Shown here: piece by piece, positions 55,317-63,489 of the stretch
How positions within the stretch are numbered: the first letter of the stretch is position 1
How the letters are laid out: each line of letters begins with the position of its first letter
Origin: a virus
Lineage: Duplodnaviria; Caudoviricetes
Virus record (IMG/VR): IMGVR_UViG_3300037067_006298
Location: 1-64,000 of that record
Length of the DNA stretch: 64,000 bases
Reading direction: 5' to 3' (one strand)
Program-made: the position numbers and the translations under genes
The notes under the pieces: generated by a model
What the model was told of the DNA's origin: nothing
Database searches by the model: none
Seen by the model: the letters and a program-made list of their open reading frames with translations, nothing else

Positions 55317-55826
55317 TTATTTTAAAAGTTCAATATTCTCATAAATATTACCAATAACAAACGGAGAATAAAATTTTTGAATATCCGAATCAAAACATCT
55401 CGATAAAAGTCCCCATCTATTAAATTTATTTTTACAATAAAATGCCCCGTCCTCAAAATAAACAGTCATCGGGCCATTTTCCTTAGACATTGCGATTAAA
55501 ATATCCCCTTCGTATATTTCTTTGCCATTCTTGTCTTTCAACCCTGTAAATTCAACTACTTCGTATTCGTCTGAATAATTAAGAGACCTTGTTGCTAAAT
55601 CATCAATTGGAAGTAATCCAATTATTTGACCGTCAATAGTAAAAAATACACATTTGCCTTGAATGCGATTACATTCTTTACCGTCTTCGGAAAATTCAAA
55701 TTTGTTATCAAAAAACTGGTTAGGTTTTCCATTAGTGTAAACTCCTTTCTGCCAATCATACGGATATACTTTTAAGAAAGCTCCAGTTTCTTTATGCCAT
55801 AATTTAAACCTATGTTCTCGTTTCAT
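55317..55826 (-). CDS. YopX family protein
   Basis: FTGLKDKNGKEIYEGDIL, VIGNIYEN.ELL. Confidence 0.85.
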   Translation of the reverse strand: MKREHRFKLWHKETGAFLKVYPYDWQKGVYTNGKPNQFFDNKFEFSEDGKECNRIQGKCVFFTIDGQIIGLLPIDDLATRSLNYSDEYEVVEFTGLKDKNGKEIYEGDILIAMSKENGPMTVYFEDGAFYCKNKFNRWGLLSRCFDSDIQKFYSPFVIGNIYENIELLK

Positions 55827-56527
55827 TTATGAAGTCCTCCAAGATAAATTGTTTGCGAAGTAATATAACCTGATTTTTCTGAGCAAAAGAAGTCAATGAC
55901 ATTAGTTATGTCGTCAATGGTTGCTTTGCGTGGTATTGGGAATGTCTTAACTAACGCATCCACCGTCTCCGGCTTGTGTTGTGCAAGCATATCCGTATCA
56001 ATAGCCGATATTGCAAGGGTGTTACAAGTTATGTTCTGACGTGCATACTCTTTTGCAAGGATATTTGTCATAGTTTTCAGTCCGGCTTTGCAAGCTGCAT
56101 ACACACTGTCTCCCATTGCCTCGCACACATCCGCAATTGAACCGATGTTTATTATTCTGCCATAAGGGATGTCGTACATGAGTTTTGATGCCTCCCTGCA
56201 CACCAAAAACGGTGCGAGTAAATCCACCATTATCATTTGATATGCATCAAATCCAGGCATTTTCTGTGAGAATCTGGAAGACATAATGGCTGCATTGTTG
56301 ATACAAATATCAATTTCTGAGGTAAGTGCTTTTATCTCAGAAAATACTTTTTCTATTTCTATTGGCATTGATAAATTAACTGCATAATGACGATAATTTA
56401 TGTCATCCTGAACTTCACTTCCACTTATGCCTATTACTTTTGCATTATGGGCAAGGAAATGTTCTGCAATACTTCTTCCAACACCTCTACTTGTTCCTGT
56501 TATTAAAACTGTTTTTTCGTTGTACAT
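55823..56527 (-). CDS. SDR oxidoreductase (FabG-like)
   Basis: TGTSRGVG, NNAA, IINIGS, YAACK (YxxxK), YITSQ.I...GG. Confidence 0.9.
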   Translation of the reverse strand: MYNEKTVLITGTSRGVGRSIAEHFLAHNAKVIGISGSEVQDDINYRHYAVNLSMPIEIEKVFSEIKALTSEIDICINNAAIMSSRFSQKMPGFDAYQMIMVDLLAPFLVCREASKLMYDIPYGRIINIGSIADVCEAMGDSVYAACKAGLKTMTNILAKEYARQNITCNTLAISAIDTDMLAQHKPETVDALVKTFPIPRKATIDDITNVIDFFCSEKSGYITSQTIYLGGLHK

Positions 56528-56529
56528 AA

Positions 56530-56739
56530 TTATTGATTTAGAATATTTGGGAACACTGAAATTAATTCACCTATTCTCGGATGGTTTTCAGGATACATCC
56601 ATCCTTTCGGTAGTGGATTTTTTGCCCTGAACTCCCATTTGTTTTTTTCTTTTACAAGTTCTGTAATAACTGATAAAAAAACTTCTTCCCTTTTTGTCTT
56701 TGCTTTCATGTCATTTGTATTTAATGGGAAATATTGCAT
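56530..56739 (-). CDS. hypothetical protein
   Basis: Short ORF filling gap; start uncertain. Confidence 0.4.
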   Translation of the reverse strand: MQYFPLNTNDMKAKTKREEVFLSVITELVKEKNKWEFRAKNPLPKGWMYPENHPRIGELISVFPNILNQ

Positions 56740-57331
56740 CTCCCGGCTCCACGTGAGGTGCTGAATAAAAATTTGGTTTGCCCATATATATCCATTGTTC
56801 TGCTAAAAAACGATTAGTATGATTGAGTTCACTTATTGGAGGACATCTATTGATATACTCCCTTCGGAACCACCAGAAATTACCAGAGAAATGATTTGGG
56901 GACTTCAGATAACCAATGGAGGACACATCATAACCATTCTCTACCCTATCTCTATGTTCCTGATAGCGATTTATCAGTTGCTCATTCATCATTGATCTCC
57001 AATGATTTATAGGTACTTCAAATGGTCTGGTTACTGCTTTGGTGTGGAAATATAATCCTACATACTGTGAGTCATCTGCCTCGATTAGCCTGAGTGTAGG
57101 AAACTCGTAGTCCTCTGGTCTGTTTGAGTAATATTTGATTTTTAACTTCGGGTACACGTTAACAAAATACTTTTCAAGAAAGGCTTTCTGGTCTGGCGCA
57201 CCAATGCACCCAATGTTTATTTCCTCACATTCGTCATAAAGTCCTGACGTAAGTAATATGCGCATTTGATCTGTAATTACCGTGTACCAATGCGATACCA
57301 TCCAAATATGCCAAAACACTTTTGCTGTCAT
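56711..57331 (-). CDS. glycosyltransferase-like viral protein
   Basis: FWHI, YEFPTL, LYFHTK, W...M, HFSGNFWW....YI, R..AEQWI pattern seen in viral glycosylation islands. Confidence 0.5.
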   Translation of the reverse strand: MTAKVFWHIWMVSHWYTVITDQMRILLTSGLYDECEEINIGCIGAPDQKAFLEKYFVNVYPKLKIKYYSNRPEDYEFPTLRLIEADDSQYVGLYFHTKAVTRPFEVPINHWRSMMNEQLINRYQEHRDRVENGYDVSSIGYLKSPNHFSGNFWWFRREYINRCPPISELNHTNRFLAEQWIYMGKPNFYSAPHVEPGDAIFPIKYK

Positions 57332-57966
57332 TTGTTTTCTTCTTTAAATGCTGGTTCTCCGTTCTGTGCCCTCTTTGCAAAGTCCTCCGGTCTGAGTGCA
57401 ATTCTTTCGTCCTCCAAGCAACGAAGCATTTCGTCTTTCAGATAGGGATTTGAGTCTTGGTTGAGCATTTCCAAAAGATTCTCTTCCAAATTATCCCTTA
57501 GTTCTGCAAGTTTAGAAATGCTTTTTGTTTCTCCTGACTGTATTTCGAGCATGAGATTGCAATAGGCAGTCTCAATACTGATTTGATATGCGTACTTGTA
57601 CGACCTATGGAGCATAACATATTGGCAAATCTTCTGATTAACCACCTTATTTTTCCCCTTTAGAAAATCTTCAACTACCGGTTCAAACACTCCTCCTCCT
57701 TCTACTTTGAAATCACAATCGTGTGCTACTTCAATTTTCCTCTTTAGTACATCAGAATATTTTCTGCGATATGGAGAATGAGCATCATACATACATAACA
57801 CGTATTGCATCACCTTGGTATTGTCAAGACTTTCTCCCGGATTTGCTCTGAACTCTTTTATTTTTCCAAGGTCCTTGTAGAATTTAAGAATATCCGTACC
57901 GTCTGGTACTTTTGTCGGATCGAATCTCATTTGAGAATACTCCTTCGGATGGAACTGCCCTTTCAT
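57328..57966 (-). CDS. conserved hypothetical, possible small terminase-like protein
   Basis: Y...MYD..SPY motif; start 57966 overlaps upstream stop (ATGA); function inferred from position only. Confidence 0.4.
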   Translation of the reverse strand: MKGQFHPKEYSQMRFDPTKVPDGTDILKFYKDLGKIKEFRANPGESLDNTKVMQYVLCMYDAHSPYRRKYSDVLKRKIEVAHDCDFKVEGGGVFEPVVEDFLKGKNKVVNQKICQYVMLHRSYKYAYQISIETAYCNLMLEIQSGETKSISKLAELRDNLEENLLEMLNQDSNPYLKDEMLRCLEDERIALRPEDFAKRAQNGEPAFKEENK

Positions 57967-58550
57967 AATATCCAATTTATATACGGTTTGCCTTCGTAAT
58001 TTCTGTCCCATACAAACCATGCAAACGGAATCATACCTCCGTTCTTGTGAGTGCCTGCATGTATCCCAAAATTTACACGCTTACTGAATTGATAAACGCA
58101 TTTCAGGGGAAATTTCTTATCCTGAAACATCTCATATCTCTTTGCTCCTTCAAGGAAGGCGGTTTTCAGAAACATTGCTATTTTAATCTGAGAATATTGT
58201 TTTGCTTGAAAAACAAATTCCAATGCAAGGTCGAATGGAGGATTTGTTATTATGTTATCCACGGCAGGGAATGGTGCCGAAAATACTGAGTTATCATTTA
58301 AGAAATCTATATCCGGAACACCGTATCCATAGTTGTTAAGGTCCGAACTTTTGACATCATATCCTTGTTCAATAAGAACTTTTGATATATCTCCCATGCC
58401 ACAGGCAGGTTCCCATACACTCCCCTCAAATTTTTCATGTAGCAATAATGCTTTTGTTGCACTTGGAGGTGTCGGATAAAAATCTGCCTTGGATCTTCCA
58501 AGCCGACTATTATCGCCTGCTATCTTTCTAGCTGTATCTACTGAACTCAT
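57963..58550 (-). CDS. adenine-type DNA methyltransferase-like protein
   Basis: DFYPTP, WEPACGMG.IS, SSDL, ITNPPF, AWFVW. Confidence 0.8.
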   Translation of the reverse strand: MSSVDTARKIAGDNSRLGRSKADFYPTPPSATKALLLHEKFEGSVWEPACGMGDISKVLIEQGYDVKSSDLNNYGYGVPDIDFLNDNSVFSAPFPAVDNIITNPPFDLALEFVFQAKQYSQIKIAMFLKTAFLEGAKRYEMFQDKKFPLKCVYQFSKRVNFGIHAGTHKNGGMIPFAWFVWDRNYEGKPYINWIL

Positions 58551-59248
58551 ATTTTGGCAAGTAAATTGCGTCTCTGAACTCTGAATAACTTCACCCCGTT
58601 GTTGATCTTCTGATGCATATCGTATTGCAAAGGAATATCATGGGTCTTTCTGATGACCACTACATCACCCACCGCTACATCAACACCCCTGTCGCTCTGA
58701 AATTCATCAACATAAGCTCTATTGGGTGTTCCAAGGTATTTTATCTTGCCGTACGTCACCTGATTGCTGATCTTCCGTCCCAGAACTACTAACTCCATTC
58801 CAAGTGCCTTCATTCGTTCTCTCTCACGTGTTATTGCGGGATCTTCAACCGGCTCAATCAGGCAAAATCCATTTACAGGTATCACTTGCTCTCCACGTAC
58901 TATTGCATACACGTTGTCATAACTCACGAAGATATACTTGTCCTCACCTTCCAGAATATACCTTTTGTTCCGTGGATTAAGTGCGTTGATAACGGATAAA
59001 TAATACAAGATTACTTTGTCGTGCATCCTAAGTTCCATGTCGCATAACCACGGCATGTCAAGGTTTGGCTTACCAGAATATTTCAAGTGCGAAGGCAATC
59101 CCCATATCTCCCCTGTTACAACTGCGTTCTTCTCTGCTTCAAAAGTATTATCCAAATAAAGTTCACAACCGTTCTTCAATTTTATTGAGGTATTGTCGGG
59201 ATCAAGTTTGATAAAGACAAAATTATTTAAACAGACTTTTGGTTTCAT
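58547..59248 (-). CDS. tandem GroES-like protein
   Basis: Two repeats: NNFVFIK...G.I...P...D.V and NGFCLIEP...GKIKY.G...V.VGDVV. Confidence 0.6.
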   Translation of the reverse strand: MKPKVCLNNFVFIKLDPDNTSIKLKNGCELYLDNTFEAEKNAVVTGEIWGLPSHLKYSGKPNLDMPWLCDMELRMHDKVILYYLSVINALNPRNKRYILEGEDKYIFVSYDNVYAIVRGEQVIPVNGFCLIEPVEDPAITRERERMKALGMELVVLGRKISNQVTYGKIKYLGTPNRAYVDEFQSDRGVDVAVGDVVVIRKTHDIPLQYDMHQKINNGVKLFRVQRRNLLAKI

Positions 59249-59607
59249 TGCTTGACCTCCTTCTTTTTATCTGCCATTTCCTGATAGTTTTTATTTTTAA
59301 GGCAGATAAGTTTTCCATTAATCTCCTCAAACCGAATATATCCTTTCTTTTCCAATACACGGTATCTTTCTGCCGTTGCTCTCTTGTCGGCACGACTACT
59401 AAATTTCCATGCAGGATATTCAATGGTCTTTTCTACATTGATGCGTTGTCCATGATAATGGATTACCATGTAATTATCAAAAACCTGTTCTCCTTTTGTT
59501 CTTATGGGTTCTGCTTTCGGTGGTTTGGAAACTGGTTTCGTCCACAACCACAACTTAATCCATGCAAGGATATTCCGAATTGCCGTTAAAACTTTTTCTT
59601 TTGTCAT
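59245..59607 (-). CDS. hypothetical protein
   Basis: 120 aa; first gene of late run. Confidence 0.6.
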   Translation of the reverse strand: MTKEKVLTAIRNILAWIKLWLWTKPVSKPPKAEPIRTKGEQVFDNYMVIHYHGQRINVEKTIEYPAWKFSSRADKRATAERYRVLEKKGYIRFEEINGKLICLKNKNYQEMADKKKEVKQ

Positions 59608-59637
59608 AGTCTGTCAAAATTAATTCTTAAAATTCAA

Positions 59638-59720
59638 AATAGCAAGCCCCAGGTAACACGTGCCCGGGGCGAACTAACTATGAAAAACAAGAAAACAGTT
59701 ACCTGATCGGCGGTCAGGCG
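59638..59720 (-). ncRNA. candidate small RNA or regulatory leader
   Basis: After -7 box TACCTTTG (59724-59731): hairpin CCTGA/TCAGG, single-stranded TTTTTCATAGTTAGTT, GC hairpin GCCCCGGG/CCTGGGGC then TTGCTATTTT. Confidence 0.45.
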
Positions 59721-59761
59721 ATTCAAAGGTAATCTATTTTTGTTTCTTATTTTCACAATAT

Positions 59762-60208
59762 TCAATTTGATGAGTTTCTGTATCTGAATTTAGTAAAGTG
59801 AATAACTGCCATTGGTTCTTTGGGATAATTTTTAAACCAATCAATAAAATCTTCAATTGATAAACCATCATTCTCTGCAATTTCTTTTGTTTTCACATCA
59901 GAATCAATATCATCAATGAACCAACCAAGCGGAGTTAATTCAATTTTTTGAATACCAACTTCATCTTTTAAGCAGGCAAATATTTCTCGTTGCTTACTTC
60001 TGTATGGCTTGTCTTCCCATTCTCTTAGGGATAATTTTGCAATTCCTTTATTCACTTCATCAATCCGTTTTTCCCATAGAGCATAATTTGCTCGAATAGT
60101 ATGTTTCTTTTCATCCGTACAAAGATGTTCAATAAACTTAGTTTCTCTTCCTTTTTTGGGGTGAGTTGCCGGGAATACTTTAGAAACAATTATCACGTAT
60201 GTTTTCAT
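59762..60208 (-). CDS. conserved Bacteroidota-phage hypothetical protein
   Basis: S..FP..HP..G..T, KKHTIR.NY..W, W...PYRS.Q, A.NDGLS..DF..WF. Confidence 0.65.
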   Translation of the reverse strand: MKTYVIIVSKVFPATHPKKGRETKFIEHLCTDEKKHTIRANYALWEKRIDEVNKGIAKLSLREWEDKPYRSKQREIFACLKDEVGIQKIELTPLGWFIDDIDSDVKTKEIAENDGLSIEDFIDWFKNYPKEPMAVIHFTKFRYRNSSN

Positions 60209-60230
60209 GTTTTAAAAGTTAGGTTGGTTA

Positions 60231-60554
60231 TTATCCAAATACACTATCTTCGTTGTTTTGTTTTAATGCCAATTTATTTTTATCCATAAAATCTCTCACG
60301 TCCCATATTGCAATAGGTTGAATCTGCAACGATCTTGCCCAGTGTCTTGCCACCTCTTCTGTTACTGGATTTATTGCATATACCGCACCGTGTCCAAGCA
60401 GTCTTGTAAATGGAGGGTTTTTGTCGGTTTCAGGAACATCTACCCTTAGCATGTTTGTTCCTGCAATATTTTGTTCACTACATCTTCCGGCAATTTGACT
60501 GTGCCCAAATAATTCTACTATTGCCCATGATTCAAATTTTTCTGGTGTTTCCAT
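60231..60554 (-). CDS. conserved phage hypothetical protein
   Basis: WAIVELFGH..IAG..SE...G...LRVDVP...FT......AVY.I.P. Confidence 0.7.
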   Translation of the reverse strand: METPEKFESWAIVELFGHSQIAGRCSEQNIAGTNMLRVDVPETDKNPPFTRLLGHGAVYAINPVTEEVARHWARSLQIQPIAIWDVRDFMDKNKLALKQNNEDSVFG

Positions 60555-60569
60555 TTTATAAATTTTAGG

Positions 60570-60980
60570 TTAGTTATTATCTTCCTCTGAATATTTGTCA
60601 AGAAAACTTAAATCTTCTTCGTTCTTGGGAACGTTTGCAAAATCTATATCATGATAACCTTTTGGATTTTCTTCCTGAATTGGGATGTCAGATACTCCAT
60701 CCGGTCTCATGTATGATATAAAATCACTTATTTGAGGTGGGTATTTATTGGTATCTATGATATGATTGATCGTTTTTTCAAATTCTAAATCAGAAAACTT
60801 GTAAAACAACAATCTTTCGAGAAGTATATCATAAAAACCCTCAGATAGCATTGGATATACTATTTTTATTCTCGCAACATTAACGATAGTTCTTTCAGGT
60901 GTTAATATTGAAGTGTTTAGAGATAACTCTTGTGAGTCCTTCTTGACTAATTCCTGTTTGTTTCCTTTTTGAGTTTCCAT
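60570..60980 (-). CDS. initiator-associated protein (helicase-loader/inhibitor-like position)
   Basis: Immediately downstream of initiator; YPPQISDF C-terminal motif. Confidence 0.4.
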   Translation of the reverse strand: METQKGNKQELVKKDSQELSLNTSILTPERTIVNVARIKIVYPMLSEGFYDILLERLLFYKFSDLEFEKTINHIIDTNKYPPQISDFISYMRPDGVSDIPIQEENPKGYHDIDFANVPKNEEDLSFLDKYSEEDNN

Positions 60981-61737
60981 TTTTGAAATATGTTTTAAGT
61001 TCGTTATATTTATTTGCGATTAAAGATAGGCTCATGTTTTCTCTTTTCCACTTATCATCAATATTCACACAGGCATTAAAAATAATTCTTAGATCGTTTA
61101 TTGTTTTTTCTTCATCTGAATCAGGTGAATTTACTTTGTACTCTTTAAGAATCATTCCTGTAAATTCTCTTTCCCTTTCCCTGTTTAATATTTTATAATC
61201 TCCATATTCCTGAACAAAGGTTTCAATTATCTGATCTAAAAAATCTGAATTTTCCCCCATGGATTTAATTCTTTCTTCTTCTTCATTCTTGTTATTCTTA
61301 TCATTCTTGTTATTATCAGGGGGGGGATGGTTTTCGATTGGTTGCTCAATGGTTTCTTCTATGGTTTCTTCTGTGGTTGCTTCGTAGTTTTTTGGGTTCT
61401 GATAGTAATCATATTTACAGATAGTTATCATAACACCTCCAAGTTGCTTCACTGTGGTTATTCGTTTGGTGTCTCGTAAGAATTTCATAGCACTCTTCGT
61501 AGCATTTTCGTTGTAAGTCTCTTTTCTCCATCCTACAAACCACTTAGTTCCTTCTCTTATATCCTCATAAGATCGAAACAATTGCCCTCTTTTAATTACA
61601 TGTCCGTTATACTTATTCTCTTTTGAATTTGCCTCCCTAAGTAGGTATGCCCAAATTTCCCTTATACACGGAGAAGCAACAGATATGTCACTTTCCTGAA
61701 TGATGCGGGGTTGTAATATGTATCCTCCCTTAATCAT
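60895..61737 (-). CDS. phage replication initiator (lambda O/DnaD-like replisome organiser)
   Basis: GYI...R.I, IW.YLL..AN, IKRGQ...S...I, ITI.KYD.YQ, low-complexity linker; start 61737 (MIKGG). Confidence 0.75.
   Translation of the reverse strand: MIKGGYILQPRIIQESDISVASPCIREIWAYLLREANSKENKYNGHVIKRGQLFRSYEDIREGTKWFVGWRKETYNENATKSAMKFLRDTKRITTVKQLGGVMITICKYDYYQNPKNYEATTEETIEETIEQPIENHPPPDNNKNDKNNKNEEEERIKSMGENSDFLDQIIETFVQEYGDYKILNREREREFTGMILKEYKVNSPDSDEEKTINDLRIIFNACVNIDDKWKRENMSLSLIANKYNELKTYFKNGNSKRKQTGISQEGLTRVISKHFNINT
61270..61390. repeat. iteron-like array and AT-rich tract within initiator gene (putative ori)
   Basis: TGGTT cores at 61328, 61339, 61350, 61362, 61374 (11-12 bp period), including ATGGTTTCTTCT twice; adjacent TTCTTGTTATT repeats. 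Confidence 0.5.
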
Positions 61738-61862
61738 TGTATGTTTACAAATAAAAGCCCCTTGACAAAACAAAAAAACAGGTAGGATCTTGCGAGGGAA
61801 CCTTTCCTGTTTATCGTCTGCCAAGGGGCAGTATCTACATTAAAATATAAATTCTTATTCAT
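61734..61862 (-). CDS. 42-aa leader peptide coupled to the initiator (absent from ORF track)
   Basis: MNKNLYFNVDTAPWQTINRKGSLARSYLFFCFVKGLLFVNIQ; TGA overlaps initiator ATG (ATGA); preceded by GAGG. Confidence 0.5.
   Translation of the reverse strand: MNKNLYFNVDTAPWQTINRKGSLARSYLFFCFVKGLLFVNIQ
61750..61829 (-). terminator. large hairpin/attenuator in initiator leader
   Basis: GCCCCTTGGCAGA/TTTGTCAAGGGGC outer stem, AAACAGG/CCTGTTT inner stem, then TTTTATTT. Confidence 0.6.
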
Positions 61863-61883
61863 TTCCTCGCTTTTAATACAGAA

Positions 61884-61914
61884 CAAATGTATAACTCTTT
61901 TTGAATAAATCAAA
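61884..61914 (-). promoter_or_regulatory. consensus Bacteroidota promoter for initiator operon
   Basis: TTTG-N19-TACATTTG. Confidence 0.7.
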
Positions 61915-61927
61915 TTTTATTTTTTAA

Positions 61928-62336
61928 ATAAAAAGAAGCAGTCGATGGTTAATAATTACTTGAATCGTGCAAAAAACGTATCAATGGTCTTTCCTTCGTG
62001 CATGACGTAACAATCTGCACAGGGTAATATCCATAAAAGTTGCTTCGGCGTGTCACTTTCCCCGTAAATAAATACCCTTGACATTGAATATGTCTGTGTA
62101 CTATTTGGGGTTTCTGGCAAGTCGCTGGAACCTATTACGGCATCGTTTGGTGTTAACGCAAACTTAGATTGATGATCACTACTTTCAGTTTCTTTGTGTT
62201 GGATTCTTTCACCATAAAATAGGTGCGTTTCGTGTTGACCGTCAATATCGGTCGTGATTACTTTTAATGTTAACATGATTTCTAATTTTTAAGTTTCTAC
62301 TAATACTGTTTCTATTTTCTGACTGCTTCTTATTAT
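61928..62336. repeat. 16-bp inverted repeat flanking one gene
   Basis: ATAAAAAGAAGCAGTC (61928-61943) vs GACTGCTTCTTATTAT (62321-62336), 15/16 complementary. Confidence 0.6.
61956..62276 (-). CDS. hypothetical protein
   Basis: 106 aa ORF between the inverted repeats. Confidence 0.6.
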   Translation of the reverse strand: MLTLKVITTDIDGQHETHLFYGERIQHKETESSDHQSKFALTPNDAVIGSSDLPETPNSTQTYSMSRVFIYGESDTPKQLLWILPCADCYVMHEGKTIDTFFARFK

Positions 62337-63199
62337 ATTTTATTTTTCATACAGAACTCGTCTATCCGATTAAAAAGTTCGATATCTTCATCGTGTAGTC
62401 TCATCCGAACACGAGCCATATTGCCCCTATCCGTCTTTGTTGTGCCCCAATAATGGGTGTATTTTCGCTTGAAATTCTGTCCTGCTTTTATCGCATCACG
62501 GTTAATAACCTTGACCTCTGATCTTAGATTATGCGCCTTAATAAGTGATGCAGCGAAGTATTGTTCGTGGAATAAGTTCTGGTGTATTATGACTGACCCG
62601 TACTTCTTAAAGAACAACTTTTGGTTCTCCGGTGCGAAGATATACTCCTCACTACACCTCCTCCACTCCTGAAAGAACTCCAAGTCATGCCCTCCACAGA
62701 TGCCACAGTTATATGCGAAGTCATGTATCGGATTATCAACAATAATTTGTGGTTTTACGGGTGCTTTATCGAAGCACGGACGGAGTAGGTTGTAGTAATG
62801 ATACCCGACTTTATCCATCGGCTCCCAGCTCTGGAAGCACAACCGGGCTTTAAGTATCTTCGGAGCGAGTGCATCCCAAAGAAACACGTCATTGTCAATA
62901 TGTACAAACGGTTCTTTTTGTTCACAGTAAGCGAGTAGTTTCCCGTATGCCCAAAAGAACCGGGACACGGATTTCATCTCGTTTAGCTTATTGGAATAAC
63001 TTGTAATTGGAAGTCCAAGAGGTTTGATCACATCAACACCCCAATCAGAAGAAATAAACTGCACCTCCTTAAAGTGTCGGGAGGCGCAGAGTATTGAGAG
63101 TGCAGTGGTAAAAAGAAAATCACTGTATTTGTTGAACCCACATCTATTGCCGAAGTCTTCATCTGGGTTAAAATATGAGAGAACTGCTTTCTTTATCAT
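62333..63199 (-). CDS. DUF6734-like, putative GT-A fold transferase
   Basis: W..GKL.AY..Q.EPFVHIDNDVFLW (DxD), NCGI.GG.D, EQY, YTH..G. Confidence 0.6.
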   Translation of the reverse strand: MIKKAVLSYFNPDEDFGNRCGFNKYSDFLFTTALSILCASRHFKEVQFISSDWGVDVIKPLGLPITSYSNKLNEMKSVSRFFWAYGKLLAYCEQKEPFVHIDNDVFLWDALAPKILKARLCFQSWEPMDKVGYHYYNLLRPCFDKAPVKPQIIVDNPIHDFAYNCGICGGHDLEFFQEWRRCSEEYIFAPENQKLFFKKYGSVIIHQNLFHEQYFAASLIKAHNLRSEVKVINRDAIKAGQNFKRKYTHYWGTTKTDRGNMARVRMRLHDEDIELFNRIDEFCMKNKI

Positions 63200-63220
63200 A
63201 GTTGCGATGGATTTATTTAA

Positions 63221-63448
63221 CTAAACCCACCCATGTCCAATTGCATCCCCATAAGAGGTGTAGTCGGTTGTTCCGGTACATAATATGGACTTGGCTGCTG
63301 CAAACCTCCAATTCCATTCACTGAGACTACAAGTGGTTACGCACTCGTGAATATTGTGCCATTGGTCTCCCTCTTTCGGCCCAGATGTAGCATTTTCTAC
63401 ATTTACTCGAGCGTTGAGTTTGATCCTGGCCTTTACATTTGTTGCCAT
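63221..63448 (-). CDS. 75-aa Cys/Thr/Ser-containing peptide
   Basis: First ORF after consensus promoter; A-rich start context. Confidence 0.55.
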   Translation of the reverse strand: MATNVKARIKLNARVNVENATSGPKEGDQWHNIHECVTTCSLSEWNWRFAAAKSILCTGTTDYTSYGDAIGHGWV

Positions 63449-63489
63449 GATAAAAAATTTAAGTTAAAGAACTATGATTATTACAAAGG

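Noticed and set aside
39678-61824. ORF-track upstream starts (40772, 52278, 54371, 58020, 61824; also 7400 and 9935)
   Set aside because: They overlap upstream genes or regulatory hairpins; downstream ATGs give coupled junctions and family-typical N-termini
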